From the NCBI GenBank assembly GCA_963794945.1, contig CAWCFT010000008.1, positions 1-64,000 on the forward strand: 64,000 nt of DNA, in the 5' to 3' direction. This document shows positions 61,769-64,000 of the stretch, piece after piece; positions within the stretch are counted from its first letter, which is position 1, and the number at the start of each line of letters is the position of its first letter. This DNA comes from Endomicrobiales bacterium (GTDB lineage Bacteria > Elusimicrobiota > Endomicrobiia > Endomicrobiales > CAWCFT01). Both the position numbers and the translations under genes were made by a program. The notes under the pieces are model-generated. The model saw only the letters and a list, made by a program, of their open reading frames with translations. It was not told the DNA's origin and did not search any database.

Positions 61769-62998
61769 TTATTCTAGAACGGTATACGCGCCTTCTCTGT
61801 GTTGTGTAAGGTCAAGGCCGATCACCTCGTCCCTTTCTTCGACTCTTACACCCACAGTCGCGTCCACAATTTTATATATTACGTATGTGACTATAAGCGT
61901 GTATATCACGGTTACGAGAACGGCAAAAGCCTGGATAGCCAGCTGTTTAGGATTACCGTACAATAAACCATTGGCAGCTGAAGGATTGATCAGCTTCGTA
62001 GCGAATATTCCCGCGAGAAGCGTCCCAAGTATCCCACCGACACCGTGTACACCGAAAGCATCAAGTGAATCATCATAACCGAGCTTTGGTTTGATCAAAC
62101 CAACCGAAATAAAGCATATGGTGCTCGCTAAAACACCCACGACCATACCTGCAAGAGGCGTTATATAGCCTGATGCCGGAGTTACGGTCGCAAGGCCCGC
62201 TATTGAACCGGTCACAACGCCGAACGTGGTCGGCCTGCCGTTGTGTATCCATTCAAGAAGCGCCCAAACAGCCCCGCCCGCGGCGGCAGCCGCGTTTGAA
62301 GCCACGAACGTGCTGACAGCCAAACCGTTAGCTGCAAGGGCCGAGCCGGCGTTAAAGCCGAACCAGCCGAACCATAGAAGCGCCGCGCCAAGCACCGTGA
62401 ACGGCAGGTTATGAGGCGGCACAGGCACATTTTCGTAGCCTTTGCGTTTGCCTATCACAAGAGCCGTAACGAGGGCCGCTATGCCGGCGGTCGTATGGAC
62501 AACTATGCCGCCGGCAAAATCAAGCACGCCCATATTCTTGAGCCAACCGCCTGTACCCCAAACCCAATGCGCAACCGGGTCGTAAACAAACGTCGCCCAA
62601 AGAACAGAAAACAAAAGAAAAGCCGAGAATTTCATCCTCTCGGCAAACGCTCCTATTATCAACGCGGGTGTTATAACCGCGAACATTGCCTGAAATATCA
62701 TGAACGCCTGGTGAGGGATAGTGCCGGCGTAAGCCGCATAGGGATCAAGGCCCACACCATTCAACCCAAGCCACTGAAGTCCGCCTATAAAACCATTTCC
62801 CGGAGAAAACGCCAAACTGTACCCAAAAAGCATCCACTGCAAACTCAAAACGCACAACGCCGCGAAGCACTGCATCAGAACACCAAGTATGTTCTTACGC
62901 CTGACCATGCCACCGTAAAAAAAAGCCAATCCCGGTGTCATTAACATTACTAGACCTGCCGCGGCTAAAACAAACGCCGTATCGCCTGCATTGATCAT
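61769..62998 (-). CDS. amtB: Ammonium transporter
   Basis: PGLAFFYGG, DFAGG.VVH, WFGWFGFN, DDSLDAFGVHG. Confidence 0.97.
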   Translation of the reverse strand: MINAGDTAFVLAAAGLVMLMTPGLAFFYGGMVRRKNILGVLMQCFAALCVLSLQWMLFGYSLAFSPGNGFIGGLQWLGLNGVGLDPYAAYAGTIPHQAFMIFQAMFAVITPALIIGAFAERMKFSAFLLFSVLWATFVYDPVAHWVWGTGGWLKNMGVLDFAGGIVVHTTAGIAALVTALVIGKRKGYENVPVPPHNLPFTVLGAALLWFGWFGFNAGSALAANGLAVSTFVASNAAAAAGGAVWALLEWIHNGRPTTFGVVTGSIAGLATVTPASGYITPLAGMVVGVLASTICFISVGLIKPKLGYDDSLDAFGVHGVGGILGTLLAGIFATKLINPSAANGLLYGNPKQLAIQAFAVLVTVIYTLIVTYVIYKIVDATVGVRVEERDEVIGLDLTQHREGAYTVLE

Positions 62999-63071
62999 CT
63001 ATGCACTCCTCATAGAGAATTTTTACAGTATATACGGGGCTGGACGCCCATGATTTAGTTACATCCTCCCT

Positions 63072-63414
63072 CTATCCTATAGCTTCACCTCCGGTTTCGC
63101 CTGTCCTTATCCTTATACAGTCCTTGAGATCAAGGACGAATATTTTCCCGTCGCCGACTTCTCCGGTCCTCGCACCCCTCTCAACTGCTTTTATGGTGCG
63201 GTCAAGGAAGTGTCGTTAACGCGCTATTTCTAGCCTTACCTTTCTTAAAAGGTTTCCGTTCTCTTTTACACCGCGGTAGACTTCCGAGACGCCCAACTGC
63301 CTGCCGTGCCCTAATACTTCGCTTAACCGTAATGAGATTAACCTCTTCTTTATACAATTCTTTTTTCACATAGTCAAGCTTGTGCGCCTGAATTATCGCT
63401 ATTACCATTTTCAT
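63072..63414 (-). CDS. glnK: Second P-II protein (frameshifted)
   Basis: MKMVIAIIQ..; ..[33 protein letters not shown] in shifted frames. Confidence 0.85.
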
Positions 63415-63508
63415 AGTTTACTCCTTATTATAAGATTTTGAAGATTACAACAATTTGAAAATTATGGCCTTAGAAATCTTCCAATTTTCATAATCTTTAA
63501 TTTTTAAT

Positions 63509-64000
63509 TTATTCTAGAACCGTATACGCGCCTTCTTTGTGCTGCGTGAGGTCAAGGCCGACGATCTCGTCTTTTTCAGTGCTCTGACGCCAACGATGAT
63601 GTCAACCAGCTTGCAGATAACGAAAGTCATAACGAAACTATAAACTATAGTTACCCCAACGGCTTTAAGCTGAACAATGAATTGGGCCGGGTTACCAAAA
63701 AACAATCCATCCGCTCCAGCAGGATTGATGGCTTTAGAAGCAACAACCCCGTAGCTAGAGCTCCCCAGATTCCTCCGATACCGTGAACACCGAAGGCGTC
63801 GAGAGAATCATCATATCCGAACTTAGGCTTAATGAAAGCAACCATTATGAAGCAGATAACGCTCACCATAAAACCGATTATTATCGCTGGAATTACTCCT
63901 ACGAATCCGGACGCCGGGGTTATGGCTACAAGCCCGGCAACAGCCCCGGTCGCAACACCCAGAGTAGTAGGCTTACCGTTATGGAACCATTCGAGAAGCG
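63509..64000 (-). CDS. amtB: Second ammonium transporter, 3' part (frameshifted, truncated by the window)
   Basis: ITPASGFV, YDDSLDAFGVHG, GLDLTQH, AYTVLE*. Confidence 0.9.

Overview
Bacterial genomic window; gene content suggests Elusimicrobiota/Endomicrobiia or a relative (inference only). At least 15 apparent small indels break reading frames, including in the essential accA, so most are probably uncorrected read errors. Bases 1-20250 (minus) hold one giant gene (at least ~6,750 codons, three frameshifts, running off the window edge). It encodes a signal peptide, three peptidase-C39-like domains (two with intact Cys/His/Asp), 33-aa helical repeats, a long beta-rich extracellular-type region, hydrophobic helix clusters and an embedded SecA-like ATPase motor. 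Upstream are a four-helix-bundle gene flanked by 7-nt-periodic inverted arms (empty copies recur across the window) and a membrane leader ORF with an internal terminator. Next come two secreted YD-repeat proteins and a signalling operon (HK, two REC-GGDEF, triple-REC, OmpR-type RR, sigma factor) ending in PorV-family/TPR and bare CTD-like genes. The remainder holds fba, accA, a spermidine-synthase-like membrane protein, an IS200-disrupted second PorV-family gene with its own CTD-like partner, the phoBR-porin-pstSCAB-phoU-arsC locus with Pho boxes, dnaE, an AmmeMemoRadiSam locus and tandem amtB-glnK units. No rRNA, tRNA or CRISPR array was recognised.
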